This document shows positions 21,373 through 29,863 of a DNA stretch of 64,000 bases, in pieces. This DNA is from an uncultured delta proteobacterium. Lineage in GTDB: Bacteria; Myxococcota; Myxococcia; Myxococcales; Anaeromyxobacteraceae. The notes beneath the pieces are model-generated. The model did not search any database. It was not told the DNA's origin and saw only the letters and a program-made list of their open reading frames with translations. Within the stretch, counting starts at the first letter, position 1, and each line of letters starts with the position of its first letter. The position numbers and the translations under genes are program-made. The DNA is taken from the NCBI GenBank assembly GCA_963828255.1, contig CAWHDZ010000040.1, positions 64,001-128,000 on the forward strand, written 5' to 3'.

Positions 21373-22476
21373 ATGGTGAATGTCGTGCTGTTGTCGCTGC
21401 TGGCCGCGCAGGTGGCGCCGCCGGATCTCGGTTCGCAGTCCAATCCCTTCCCCACCGGCGGCTACAACGTGGGAATGCCCGGGGGAATCCCCATCGGGAA
21501 GCTCATGCTCATGCCGGAGATCGCGGTCGTGGTCGACGGGGCCCTGGGCTACACCACTCTCTCCACCGAGCAGCAGGAGTTCATCGCCGGGCCCATGCCG
21601 CAGCACAAGGTCTGGCCCATGCTCCAGGAGGTGGAACTGGCCTTCCAGGCCACCGTCGATCCCTACATCCGGGGCGACGTGTTCATCACCATCACGCCGG
21701 AGGGAGTGGAGGTGGAGGAGGCATACCTCAAGACCCTCTCCCTCCCCTGGTACTTCCAGATCAAGGCCGGGCAGATCTATTCTCCGTTCGGGCGGACCAG
21801 CCAGCTGCACCGTCACCAGTGGACCTTCGTGGACCAGCCCGTCTCCATGCAGCGGCTGGTCGGCGCGGAGGGGCTCTCCGGCCCGGGCGGCGACCTTTCC
21901 TGGCTCGCGCCCCTGCCCTGGTTCGCCGAGCTCCACCTGGCCTACCAGGCCACCCGCCCCGGCTTCGACGAGACCGTGCAGCAGCTCACCGGGGTCGGGC
22001 GGCTCATCCAGTACTTCGACCTCTCCGACTCGGCCACCCTCGGCGTCGGCCTCTCCTGGGGGCTCTTCCAGGCCGAGGCTCCGGAGCAGTGGAAGAACCT
22101 GGCCGGGGCGGACCTCTACGTGAAGTTCCGCGACCCTGCATCCCGCTCCTCGGTGGTCCTGCAGGGGGAGATCTACGGGCGGCAGCTCTCCGAGCAGACC
22201 TTCTCGGAAGCCCGCTGGGGCGGTTACGGGCAGGCGGTCTGGCGCATCGACCGGAACTGGGAGGTGGGTGGCCGCTACGACAACGCCCCTGCCCCGGTTG
22301 CCTTCGGGGGAGGGACGCAGGAAACCTGGACGGCGCTCGGGACCTACTACACGAGCGAGTTCTTCCGGCTCCGGCTCCAGCCGTCGCTGGTCCTGCTCCC
22401 GGAGGGGCAGACCGGATTCCAGGGACTTCTCAGCTTCGAGTTCACCATCGGCGCCCACGCGGCGCACCCGTTCTAG
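21373..22476 (+). CDS. Outer-membrane beta-barrel associated with a metal ABC transporter
   Basis: SD GGAGG; signal peptide; QEVELAFQATVDPY, FGRTSQLHRHQWTFVDQP, C-terminal IGAHAAHPF. Confidence 0.75.
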   Translation: MVNVVLLSLLAAQVAPPDLGSQSNPFPTGGYNVGMPGGIPIGKLMLMPEIAVVVDGALGYTTLSTEQQEFIAGPMPQHKVWPMLQEVELAFQATVDPYIRGDVFITITPEGVEVEEAYLKTLSLPWYFQIKAGQIYSPFGRTSQLHRHQWTFVDQPVSMQRLVGAEGLSGPGGDLSWLAPLPWFAELHLAYQATRPGFDETVQQLTGVGRLIQYFDLSDSATLGVGLSWGLFQAEAPEQWKNLAGADLYVKFRDPASRSSVVLQGEIYGRQLSEQTFSEARWGGYGQAVWRIDRNWEVGGRYDNAPAPVAFGGGTQETWTALGTYYTSEFFRLRLQPSLVLLPEGQTGFQGLLSFEFTIGAHAAHPF

Positions 22477-22485
22477 GAGGCGACC

Positions 22486-23397
22486 ATGAACCACTTCTCG
22501 ACCGCACTGTCCGTCGCCTTCCTGCTGGCATCCTTCGCGACCCCCGCCGGGGCCGCCCTCGACGTTGTCACCACCACCGAGGGGCTCGCCGCGATCTCCC
22601 GGGAGGTCGGGGGGGACAGGGTCAGGGTGACGGCGCTCTCCCGCGGCATCCAGGACCCGCACTTCGTGGACGCCAACCCGTCACTCGCAGTGAAGCTTCG
22701 CAACGCCGACCTGCTGGTGGACGTGGGCATGGACCTGGAGATCGGCTGGCTCCCGCCGCTCGTGACCCAGTCCCGGAACGGCGCCATCCAGCCCGGAGGG
22801 GCCCGCCGCCTCACCGCGGGGACCTTCGTCTCCCCCATGGACCTCCCAACCGGCCCGGTCGATCGGAGCCAGGGTGACATCCACCCCTCCGGCAACCCCC
22901 ACTTCCTCACCGACCCCAGGCGGGCGGTGCAGGTGGCCGCGGCGATCGCCGGGCGCCTCTCCGAGATCGACCCAGGGAACGCGGCGCACTACCGGGAGCG
23001 GCTCGAGGCCTTCCAGGGCAAGGTCGCCGCTGCCGAGAAGGGGTGGAAGGCCCAACTCGCGCCCCTGGCGGGCCGGAGCGTCATCTCCCAGCACAAGACC
23101 CTCACCTACCTGCTCGACTGGGCCGGCATGAGGGCTGCGGGCTACATGGAGCCCAGGCCGGGGGTCGCGCCCCCGCCCTCGCACGTGGCGTCGCTGGCCG
23201 CGGTCGTGAAGTCGGCCGGAGTGAAGGGGGTGCTGGTGGAGAACTACTACGACCGGCGCTCGGCCGATCAGCTCCGGAGCCTCACGGGTGTGAAGGTGAT
23301 CGTGATCCCCGGCGACGTGGGTGGCACGAAGGAGGCGTCCGACTGGGTCTCGTACGTGGACGTTCTCGTGAAGTCGCTCGGCCAGGCGGTACAGTAG
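22486..23397 (+). CDS. Zn/Mn-type ABC substrate-binding protein (ZnuA/TroA family)
   Basis: QDPHF, GDIHPSGNPHF, PPPSH. Confidence 0.93.
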   Translation: MNHFSTALSVAFLLASFATPAGAALDVVTTTEGLAAISREVGGDRVRVTALSRGIQDPHFVDANPSLAVKLRNADLLVDVGMDLEIGWLPPLVTQSRNGAIQPGGARRLTAGTFVSPMDLPTGPVDRSQGDIHPSGNPHFLTDPRRAVQVAAAIAGRLSEIDPGNAAHYRERLEAFQGKVAAAEKGWKAQLAPLAGRSVISQHKTLTYLLDWAGMRAAGYMEPRPGVAPPPSHVASLAAVVKSAGVKGVLVENYYDRRSADQLRSLTGVKVIVIPGDVGGTKEASDWVSYVDVLVKSLGQAVQ

Positions 23398-23400
23398 GGC

Positions 23401-24165
23401 GTGGCACCGATCATCCGGCTCGACGACGCGTCCCTCGGCTACGGAGGGCACACCTTGCTCTCCGGGGTCACGGTCGCCGTCGAGCCGGACGATTTCCTGG
23501 CCGTGGTCGGCCCCAACGGCGGCGGCAAGACCACGCTGCTCCGCACGCTGCTCGGGGTGCTTCCGCCCGCCGCCGGCAGGCGCGCGGCCGAGAGCCACCT
23601 CCGGATCGGCTACGTCCCGCAGCGGGACCACGTGGACGCCCTCTGGCCGCTCGGCGTGGGGGACGTGGTCGTCATGGGGCGGGTGCCGCTCACCGGGCCC
23701 GCCAGGCGGATGGCGCCCACCGACGTCGATGCGGCCCGCCGCGCCCTCGACCGGGTGGGGCTCGGCGACCTCTGGAGCCGCCCCTTCGGCACGCTCTCGG
23801 GGGGGCAGCGGCAGCGCACCCTCATCGCGCGGGCGCTGGCCGCGGAGCCGCGGCTGCTCGCCCTCGACGAGCCCACAAACGGGATGGACCCCTCGGCCGA
23901 GCTCTCGGCCATGGACCTGCTCCGCGAGCTGCACCGCGCCGGAGGGATCGCGGTGGTGATGATCTCCCACCGGCTGGAGGCGGTGGCGAACTACGCCCGG
24001 CGGCTCGCCTTCGTGGACAAGGACCAGGCGCTCTGGCAGGTGGGGCCCCTCGGGGAGATGCTGCGGCCCGAGGCCCTCTCGCGCCTCTACGGCCGGGACG
24101 TCATCGTGCGAGAGGAGAGCGGTCGGTTCTTCGTCTACCCGGTCGCGGGCGGGGAGGGGCGGTGA
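23401..24165 (+). CDS. Metal ABC transporter ATP-binding protein
   Basis: GPNGGGKTT, GYVPQ, LSGGQRQR, LDEPT. Confidence 0.93.
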   Translation: MAPIIRLDDASLGYGGHTLLSGVTVAVEPDDFLAVVGPNGGGKTTLLRTLLGVLPPAAGRRAAESHLRIGYVPQRDHVDALWPLGVGDVVVMGRVPLTGPARRMAPTDVDAARRALDRVGLGDLWSRPFGTLSGGQRQRTLIARALAAEPRLLALDEPTNGMDPSAELSAMDLLRELHRAGGIAVVMISHRLEAVANYARRLAFVDKDQALWQVGPLGEMLRPEALSRLYGRDVIVREESGRFFVYPVAGGEGR

Positions 24166-25007
24166 GCGCGCTCTCCGCGTTCTGGTCCGCGGCGGTCATC
24201 TGGCGGGACCCGCTGGTGGCCTCGGTGCTGGCCGGGGCGCTCCTGGGTTTCCTGGGCGTGTACGTGGTGCTGCGCCGGGTGGTCTTCGTGTCGGCGGCGC
24301 TCACCCAGCTCTCCACGCTGGGCGTCATCGTCTCCCTGCTCGTGCTCGAGCACCTCGACCTGGAGACCGATCACCAGGAGATCCAGCTCTTCGTGGCCTG
24401 GGTCTTCTCGGTGGGCGGAGGGCTCGTGCTGGGAACGCTGGGCACGGGAAGGCGGCTCCCCGCGGAGGCCGGGGTGGGCATGGCCTACGTGCTGGCCGGG
24501 GCGCTCGTCGTCCTGGGCGCGAACCAGCTGGTCCACGTGGCCCACGACCTCAACACCATGGTCTTCGGCAACGCGGTGGCGGTGCCGTTCCAGGACGTGG
24601 TGATCCTCCTCGTGGTGACCGGCGTGGTGGCGCTGCTCCACACCCTCTTCCGGAAGGAGATCGTCTTCTCCTCCTTCGACCGCGAGACCGCCGAGGCCAT
24701 GGGGGTGAAGGTCCGGCTCTGGGGCGGGGTGCTCTTCTTCACCATCGGCCTCGCCATCCCGGTGGCCGCCCACGTGGTCGGGGCGCTTCCGGTCTTCGCC
24801 TTCCTCACCGTCCCGGCCGCGGCGGCGCTGCTCGCCACCCGGAGGCTCACGGCCGCCTTCGCGCTCGCCACCGTGCTCGGGGCGGTCGCCGCCGGGGGAG
24901 GGTACGTGGCCTCCTGGGTCCTCCAGGTCCCCACCGGGGCGACCATGGTGGTGGTCGCAGGCGCGCTCGTCCTGCCGGCCTGGCTCTGGAAGCGTTTGCA
25001 GGGCTAG
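24162..25007 (+). CDS. Metal ABC transporter permease (ZnuB/MntB family)
   Basis: LGVYVVLRRVVF, SFDRETAEAMGV, PTGATMV; GTGA overlap with the ATPase. Confidence 0.9.
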   Translation: MSALSAFWSAAVIWRDPLVASVLAGALLGFLGVYVVLRRVVFVSAALTQLSTLGVIVSLLVLEHLDLETDHQEIQLFVAWVFSVGGGLVLGTLGTGRRLPAEAGVGMAYVLAGALVVLGANQLVHVAHDLNTMVFGNAVAVPFQDVVILLVVTGVVALLHTLFRKEIVFSSFDRETAEAMGVKVRLWGGVLFFTIGLAIPVAAHVVGALPVFAFLTVPAAAALLATRRLTAAFALATVLGAVAAGGGYVASWVLQVPTGATMVVVAGALVLPAWLWKRLQG

Positions 25008-25082
25008 ATTCGCGTCGCGCCTGGAGAAAATGCTTGACCGAAGCCGGTCGGGCGCATAGATAACCGCACGCTTTCCCACTGC

Positions 25083-25159
<77 letters not shown>

Positions 25160-25169
25160 GTAAAACCAG

Positions 25170-25203
25170 AGGCCTCGTCGGTGCTTACCGGCGGGGCCTT
25201 TGT
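25170..25203 (+). terminator. Terminator-like hairpin after tRNA
   Basis: AGGCCTCGTCGGT-GCTT-ACCGGCGGGGCCT then TTGT. Confidence 0.65.
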
Positions 25204-25213
25204 GCTTCCGACT

Positions 25214-26329
25214 TCACGTTCCGTCAACCGAGACCGAATCGGGACCAGGCGCGGACTCCGTCGCCTGGACCTCCTCGGCCCCCTTCCGGGTGCGGTTCAG
25301 CATCGCGACCGCAGCCTTGAGATCCTGCTCCTCGACGATGTTGTAGCGCTTGAACACTGCCGCGGTCCGGTGGCCGGAGAAGCGGGCCACCACCGACTCG
25401 GGAAGGCCGCTGCGGCGCGCCAGGGTGACGAAGGAGCGCCGCAGGTCGTGGACCCAGACGTCGGAGAGCCCGGCGGCGTCCCGGGCCCTCTCCGCGGCGC
25501 CCTGGATGTCCTGCCAGGGCCTGCCGGTGGCCGGGTTCACGAAGACGAACTCGGCGTGGAGCAGCCGGGGCTGCTCGGAGAGGGACTTCAGCACCCGTTC
25601 GGTCAGGTAGACCACGCGGGGCTCGTCGGTCTTGGTGTCCTCGGCCTCGAGCCGGACGGCGCCGGCCTTGAGGTCGATCTGCGACCAGCGGAGGTTCAGG
25701 ACCTCGCTCTTGCGCATGCCGGTGTCGAAGGCGACGAGCAGGATGGGCCGGAGCCACGCCTCGGCCTTCGCCGAGAGGCGCTGGAAGGCCTCCTCGTCGA
25801 GGACCACCCGCCGCACGTTCGGCACCCGGAGGAGCTTCACGCGGGCGACGGGGTTCTCGGCGAGCCGGCCGCAGGCGGCGGCGTAGTTGAGGAGGCGCTT
25901 CAGGAGCTCCACCTCGCGATCCAGCGTCGCCGGGGACGGTGCCTCGCCGCGCCTGGATGTCTCGGCCTGCCGCTTCATCCGGTACTCCTCGACGTCGCCG
26001 CGGGTGAGGCGCGAGGCGCGCTTGTCGCCGAGGAGGCGCACGAGGTGCGCTCCCCGGCCCACGTCGGACTGCCAGGAGTCGTTGTCGCGCTTCGTGATCG
26101 GCTCGTACTCGGTCCAGAGCTGCCGCACGGTGGCGGTCGGCTCCTTCTTCCGGTCGAAGAACCGGCCCTCGTACGCTTCGGCGAGGAGCTTGTGCTCGAG
26201 TGCCTGTGCCTGCTCGCGCGTGGGGATGCGGCCACGCTTCAGGCGGCGAACCGTGCCGTCCGGCAGCGTGACGTAGGTGTCCACGCGCCAGCGGACCTTG
26301 TTTCGTGCCACGTACTTCGAGACGCCCAT
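25214..26329 (-). CDS. Tyrosine recombinase/integrase
   Basis: SD AAAGGAGG before ATG 26329; TGMRKSE (R), HDLRR, SGHRT, KRY catalytic set intact. Confidence 0.95.
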   Translation of the reverse strand: MGVSKYVARNKVRWRVDTYVTLPDGTVRRLKRGRIPTREQAQALEHKLLAEAYEGRFFDRKKEPTATVRQLWTEYEPITKRDNDSWQSDVGRGAHLVRLLGDKRASRLTRGDVEEYRMKRQAETSRRGEAPSPATLDREVELLKRLLNYAAACGRLAENPVARVKLLRVPNVRRVVLDEEAFQRLSAKAEAWLRPILLVAFDTGMRKSEVLNLRWSQIDLKAGAVRLEAEDTKTDEPRVVYLTERVLKSLSEQPRLLHAEFVFVNPATGRPWQDIQGAAERARDAAGLSDVWVHDLRRSFVTLARRSGLPESVVARFSGHRTAAVFKRYNIVEEQDLKAAVAMLNRTRKGAEEVQATESAPGPDSVSVDGT

Positions 26330-26367
26330 CGTGTTCCTCCTTTCACGTGGGCAGACGGGCGTCGTCG

Positions 26368-26590
26368 TCATCCCTGCAGGATAGCCGCGGGATCGGACAG
26401 GCGGGAGGGGTGGCGGGCCAGCTCGGCGTCGAGTTCGGCCGCGGTGGAAGCGGAGGCGGCGGGCGCCGAGGCGATGGGCGGGGACGATGCCGCGCCGGAC
26501 GGCCTGGTAGAGCGCGGCCCGCGTCCGGTAGCCCAGGTAGGCGGTCGCCTCGTCGGCGGTCATCCAGGGGGCGTGGTGGGGCGTGGTCAC
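26368..26590 (-). CDS. Excisionase-like HTH protein (one-base frameshift near 26440)
   Basis: WMTADEATAYLGYRTRAALYQAVRRGIVPAHRLGARRLRF; expected continuation AELDAELAR lies in another frame, ending at TGA 26368. Confidence 0.75.
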
Positions 26591-26661
26591 GGCCTCTCTT
26601 CCCCAGGCGACCGCGGGCGGCGGGCCCAGGACGACCTCGTTCAGAAGCCGGTAGAAGGCGT

Positions 26662-27738
26662 TCAGCTCGTCGGTGGGCGTCGCGGCGAGCGCAAAGCGGG
26701 TAGGGCAGGTCTCGGAGTGGACGGAGACCTGCTTCCGCATCGCGCGATAGGTCTCCACGAACAGAGCCTCAGGCCGGTCCGGAGGCGGCGGGCGACCGCG
26801 TCGTCGATGAAGACCGTCCGGCCGGGAGGCCGGGCGGGAACGGGGGCAGCCGAAGGCGGCGCCGGAGCAGGATTCGGCGAACGGGGTGCGGCGGCGGCGG
26901 TCGGAGTGACGCGCCGGGCGAACACGGCGATGGCGCTCGCCAGCGTGAAGGCCCCGGCCGCGAAGCGGGACTCCCTGTTCCGGAAGTGCTCGCGCACGGA
27001 TGCCTCGACCTGCGCCCTCCGTGCCTCGGAGGTGGAGAGCAGAAGCACCTCCGGGACGTACCCGTCGGGGAAGGCGGCCGAGTACCAGGTACCCCGCGGG
27101 TCGGTGGTCGGCGAACCAAAGAAGTAGGTCCCGTAGCGCTCCAGGCGGCGGATGACGTGCTTCCGGCGAGGGTCGGCCGGGGAGAGGGTCGCCACGCCCA
27201 GCTCGGGCTCCACGAAGATGCGCCGCCGCTCACGGGGGAGGTCGAGGATCGCGGCAGGGCGGAGGACGGCCGCCCTGGCGGGGTGAAGGAGATCGCGCAC
27301 CTGGAACCGGAGGGGATCGGACACGCCGCGCCACCGGAAGGGGAGGTCGACGAGGGGCGACACGGGCGACCTGCGCGCGGCCAGGACGAGCGCCAGGAGC
27401 AGTTCGTTCACGGCGAGGACTCGCAGGACGAAGCCGATCGCGGCGGTTGCCAGGAACGGGACGACGGGGCCCGGCGCAAACGGTCCGGCGACGTCCCGTC
27501 CGTGCGGCGTGAGGGTCCAGACGGGGAAGGGGAGCGAGTTCGCCCTCTGGTAGGCGAGCCGCTTCAGGTACGGCTCGCCATCCGGCCCGGAGCCGTCCTC
27601 GCACAGGCGCGCGAGACGGCGAGACGTGACCGCCTTGTCGGAGTCGGGCGCGAGGAGGCGGTGGGCCTGGGCGCCGGTCACGTACCGGGCGACGGCCAGG
27701 TAACCGAGGAGCGCCCGGTCGCGGTCGGTGAGAACCAT
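26662..27738 (-). CDS. Replication-relaxation (Replic_Relax-like) protein with degenerate motifs
   Basis: LTDRDRALLGYL..RYVT..Q, RRLARL, LAVNE, LRPAA, FVEPELG, RRLERY; probable frameshift near 26765. Confidence 0.65.
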   Translation of the reverse strand: MVLTDRDRALLGYLAVARYVTGAQAHRLLAPDSDKAVTSRRLARLCEDGSGPDGEPYLKRLAYQRANSLPFPVWTLTPHGRDVAGPFAPGPVVPFLATAAIGFVLRVLAVNELLLALVLAARRSPVSPLVDLPFRWRGVSDPLRFQVRDLLHPARAAVLRPAAILDLPRERRRIFVEPELGVATLSPADPRRKHVIRRLERYGTYFFGSPTTDPRGTWYSAAFPDGYVPEVLLLSTSEARRAQVEASVREHFRNRESRFAAGAFTLASAIAVFARRVTPTAAAAPRSPNPAPAPPSAAPVPARPPGRTVFIDDAVARRLRTGLRLCSWRPIARCGSRSPSTPRPALPALRSPRRPPTS

Positions 27739-27773
27739 GCCCTTCTGGCGCGGCACGGCGGCCCCCAGTCCCT

Positions 27774-28109
27774 TCAGCGACGCTTCCGGGCCGGCTCGTC
27801 GGGGGTGTCGAAGCCGGGACCCTTCTCGCGCACATCCAGGCTGCGCTGGAAGAGGAGGTGGAGGACGTACTCGTAGCGCTCCATGCGGAGTGCCTTCCGA
27901 TCGGCCTCGAGGACGGAGGAGGCGGCAGCCGGGAGGCCGAACCAGTTTCGAACCCCTTCGAGCCAGCGGGAGACGTGGGCGGTGAGGTCCCGGCCTGCGC
28001 GGTTCGCCTCGTCCTTGTGGAAGGCGACGAGGTCGCGCGGGAGGCGGAAGGTCTGCATGACCTTCTCGGTGGTGGTGAAGGGTTCGTCGTCGGGGCGCGC
28101 CGTAGGCAT
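27774..28109 (-). CDS. Ribbon-helix-helix DNA-binding protein
   Basis: VMQTFRLPRDLVAFHKDEANRAGRDLTAHVSRWL; SD AGGAG. Confidence 0.65.
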   Translation of the reverse strand: MPTARPDDEPFTTTEKVMQTFRLPRDLVAFHKDEANRAGRDLTAHVSRWLEGVRNWFGLPAAASSVLEADRKALRMERYEYVLHLLFQRSLDVREKGPGFDTPDEPARKRR

Positions 28110-28158
28110 ATGACTGTCTCCTGTAAGTCATATAGGGTACGGCGCTCGCCGGCGTCAA
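28108..28158 (-). promoter_or_regulatory. Promoter and inverted-repeat operator of the RHH-rep-xis operon
   Basis: TTGACG(28158-28153)-N17-CTATAT; ATATGACT-N10-AGTCATAT (28108-28133) covers the -10, SD and ATG. Confidence 0.6.
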
Positions 28159-28385
28159 TCGGAGAAGGTTCCAGTCAAGACAGCGTCCCCGTCGAGAGCG
28201 AGCGCGTCGTCGAGGAAGGTCCGTGCGCACGCGTTGACCCCCGTCATCGGTTCCGTCTTGGCGCGTTGACGGGATTCGCGACGGGGTTCACCTGGGGTGC
28301 AGGACGGGATTCGGAGCGCAACCCTGCGATCTCACGGGCCCCGCCCCGCCGCCCACCAGGAGGCGGGCAGGTCGTGGCCGGTCGC

Positions 28386-28439
28386 CAGCCGCCCGACCCC
28401 CCGCTCCCAACCACAAAGGATCGGGGGGTCGGGCAGCTG
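28386..28439. repeat. 22-bp inverted repeat (origin-like hairpin)
   Basis: CAGCCGCCCGACCCCCCGCTCC-CAACCACAAA-GGATCGGGGGGTCGGGCAGCTG, 2 mismatches. Confidence 0.8.
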
Positions 28440-28778
28440 TCTCCCAAGAATGTTGTGGAGGCAGTGGGCGGCGGGGCGGGAGGATGAAGGTTCTGCTTGA
28501 GTTTCGGCAGGACCGGAATGTGCAGCAAACAGATGGAGGGACAGGAGAGGAGATCAGACGAGAGAAAGAAAGGAGGAAACGGGGGATGGAAGAATCTCTC
28601 GGAACCAGTCAAGACATCGCTGACAGTTGGATGCAGGGTAGGAGCTGTGTCTTCAAGCGTTGACAGTCATCTTCTTGCGGGGCTCGTAGCGGGCGTCTGG
28701 GCGTTTACGGTGCTGACGGGTGGGCTGACAGAATCGCCGGGCGAGCTCCGATCGAGATGAGCCACCCATACGACTTCG

Positions 28779-29765
28779 TCAGCCCGGCGCGTGACCAGGA
28801 GGGGCCACCTGGCCCCTCTTCCGGGCGACGCGTTTGCGCGGCGCCTCGGAGTGCTTCTTCTCCACGGCGCGCAGTTCGACGAGGAACATCTCCAGCGCCG
28901 GGGTCACAGGCCGATCTGCCCGCCGGAAGATCCCGTAGTTGAGCCGGGCCCACGGAGGAGCGAAGGGCAGGGCGACGAACGAGCCGTCGCGCAGTTCCGA
29001 AGCGATGAGGACCTTCGGCGCCCAGCTGATGGCATCGGTCTCGCGGACGGCGCGCTTCATGAGGGTCACGGAGTCGAGCGTGATCGCGGGGAGGAAGTGA
29101 CCGGACGCGGGATCGATCCGTCCCGCCGCGCCGATGCGCTCGAAGAAGGGCGCGACACGACCCGGAAGCGGGCTCATCGCGAAGGGGAAGCCGGAGATAT
29201 CCTCGAACGTCACCTGTGTCCGGGAAAGCAGGGGGTGGCCCGAGCGGCAGTAGAAGACCCCGCGATGTTCGCCCGCTCGTTCGACGGAGAGCTGCGACTC
29301 CTGCTCGGCGGCCGTCACCTCGGCGACGGCCACGTCGAGCGACCCGGCAACTACCTTCCGCGTGAGGGACTCCCAGTCGTCCAGAACGATGCGCAGGTGA
29401 AGGGACGGGTGGCGCTTGGCCAGGCGGGTCACCGTCTCGGCGACGGACATGTCCAGTGCGAACGAACCGGCCCCGATCCGGAGGGTTCCAGCCTCCAACC
29501 CCTTCACCCGACGGATCTCGGCGAGCACCTCGTCCACGCCCCGAAGAAGCGGTCCCGATGCGGAGAGGATGATCTCCCCGAATGCCGTCGGCGACACACC
29601 CTTGCGGCTCCGGTCGAAGAGCCGGACCCCGAGCGACGCCTCGATCCCGCGGATGCTCTTGCTCAGGGCCGGCTGGCTGATGTCGAGCGACTCGGCGGCC
29701 CGGGCGAAGCTCCGGAAGCGGCCGATGGCGGTGACGTGCTGGATCTCTCGGATGTCGAGAATCAT
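28779..29765 (-). CDS. LysR family transcriptional regulator
   Basis: SFARAAESLDISQPALSKSIRGIEASLGVRLFDR; GTLRIG; substrate-binding domain. Confidence 0.95.
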   Translation of the reverse strand: MILDIREIQHVTAIGRFRSFARAAESLDISQPALSKSIRGIEASLGVRLFDRSRKGVSPTAFGEIILSASGPLLRGVDEVLAEIRRVKGLEAGTLRIGAGSFALDMSVAETVTRLAKRHPSLHLRIVLDDWESLTRKVVAGSLDVAVAEVTAAEQESQLSVERAGEHRGVFYCRSGHPLLSRTQVTFEDISGFPFAMSPLPGRVAPFFERIGAAGRIDPASGHFLPAITLDSVTLMKRAVRETDAISWAPKVLIASELRDGSFVALPFAPPWARLNYGIFRRADRPVTPALEMFLVELRAVEKKHSEAPRKRVARKRGQVAPPGHAPG

Positions 29766-29774
29766 GCGACACCA

Positions 29775-29787
29775 TAACTAACGGTTA
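29775..29787. promoter_or_regulatory. LysR recognition site (T-N11-A)
   Basis: TAAC-TAACG-GTTA dyad between divergent lysR and sulfatase. Confidence 0.65.
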
Positions 29788-29863
29788 CCGAAACGACCAT
29801 CTTCTTGCTGACATCGGCCCGGGAGAGAACTAAAGACCCTCTCATCTTGCTTCTGGGGGTCCC

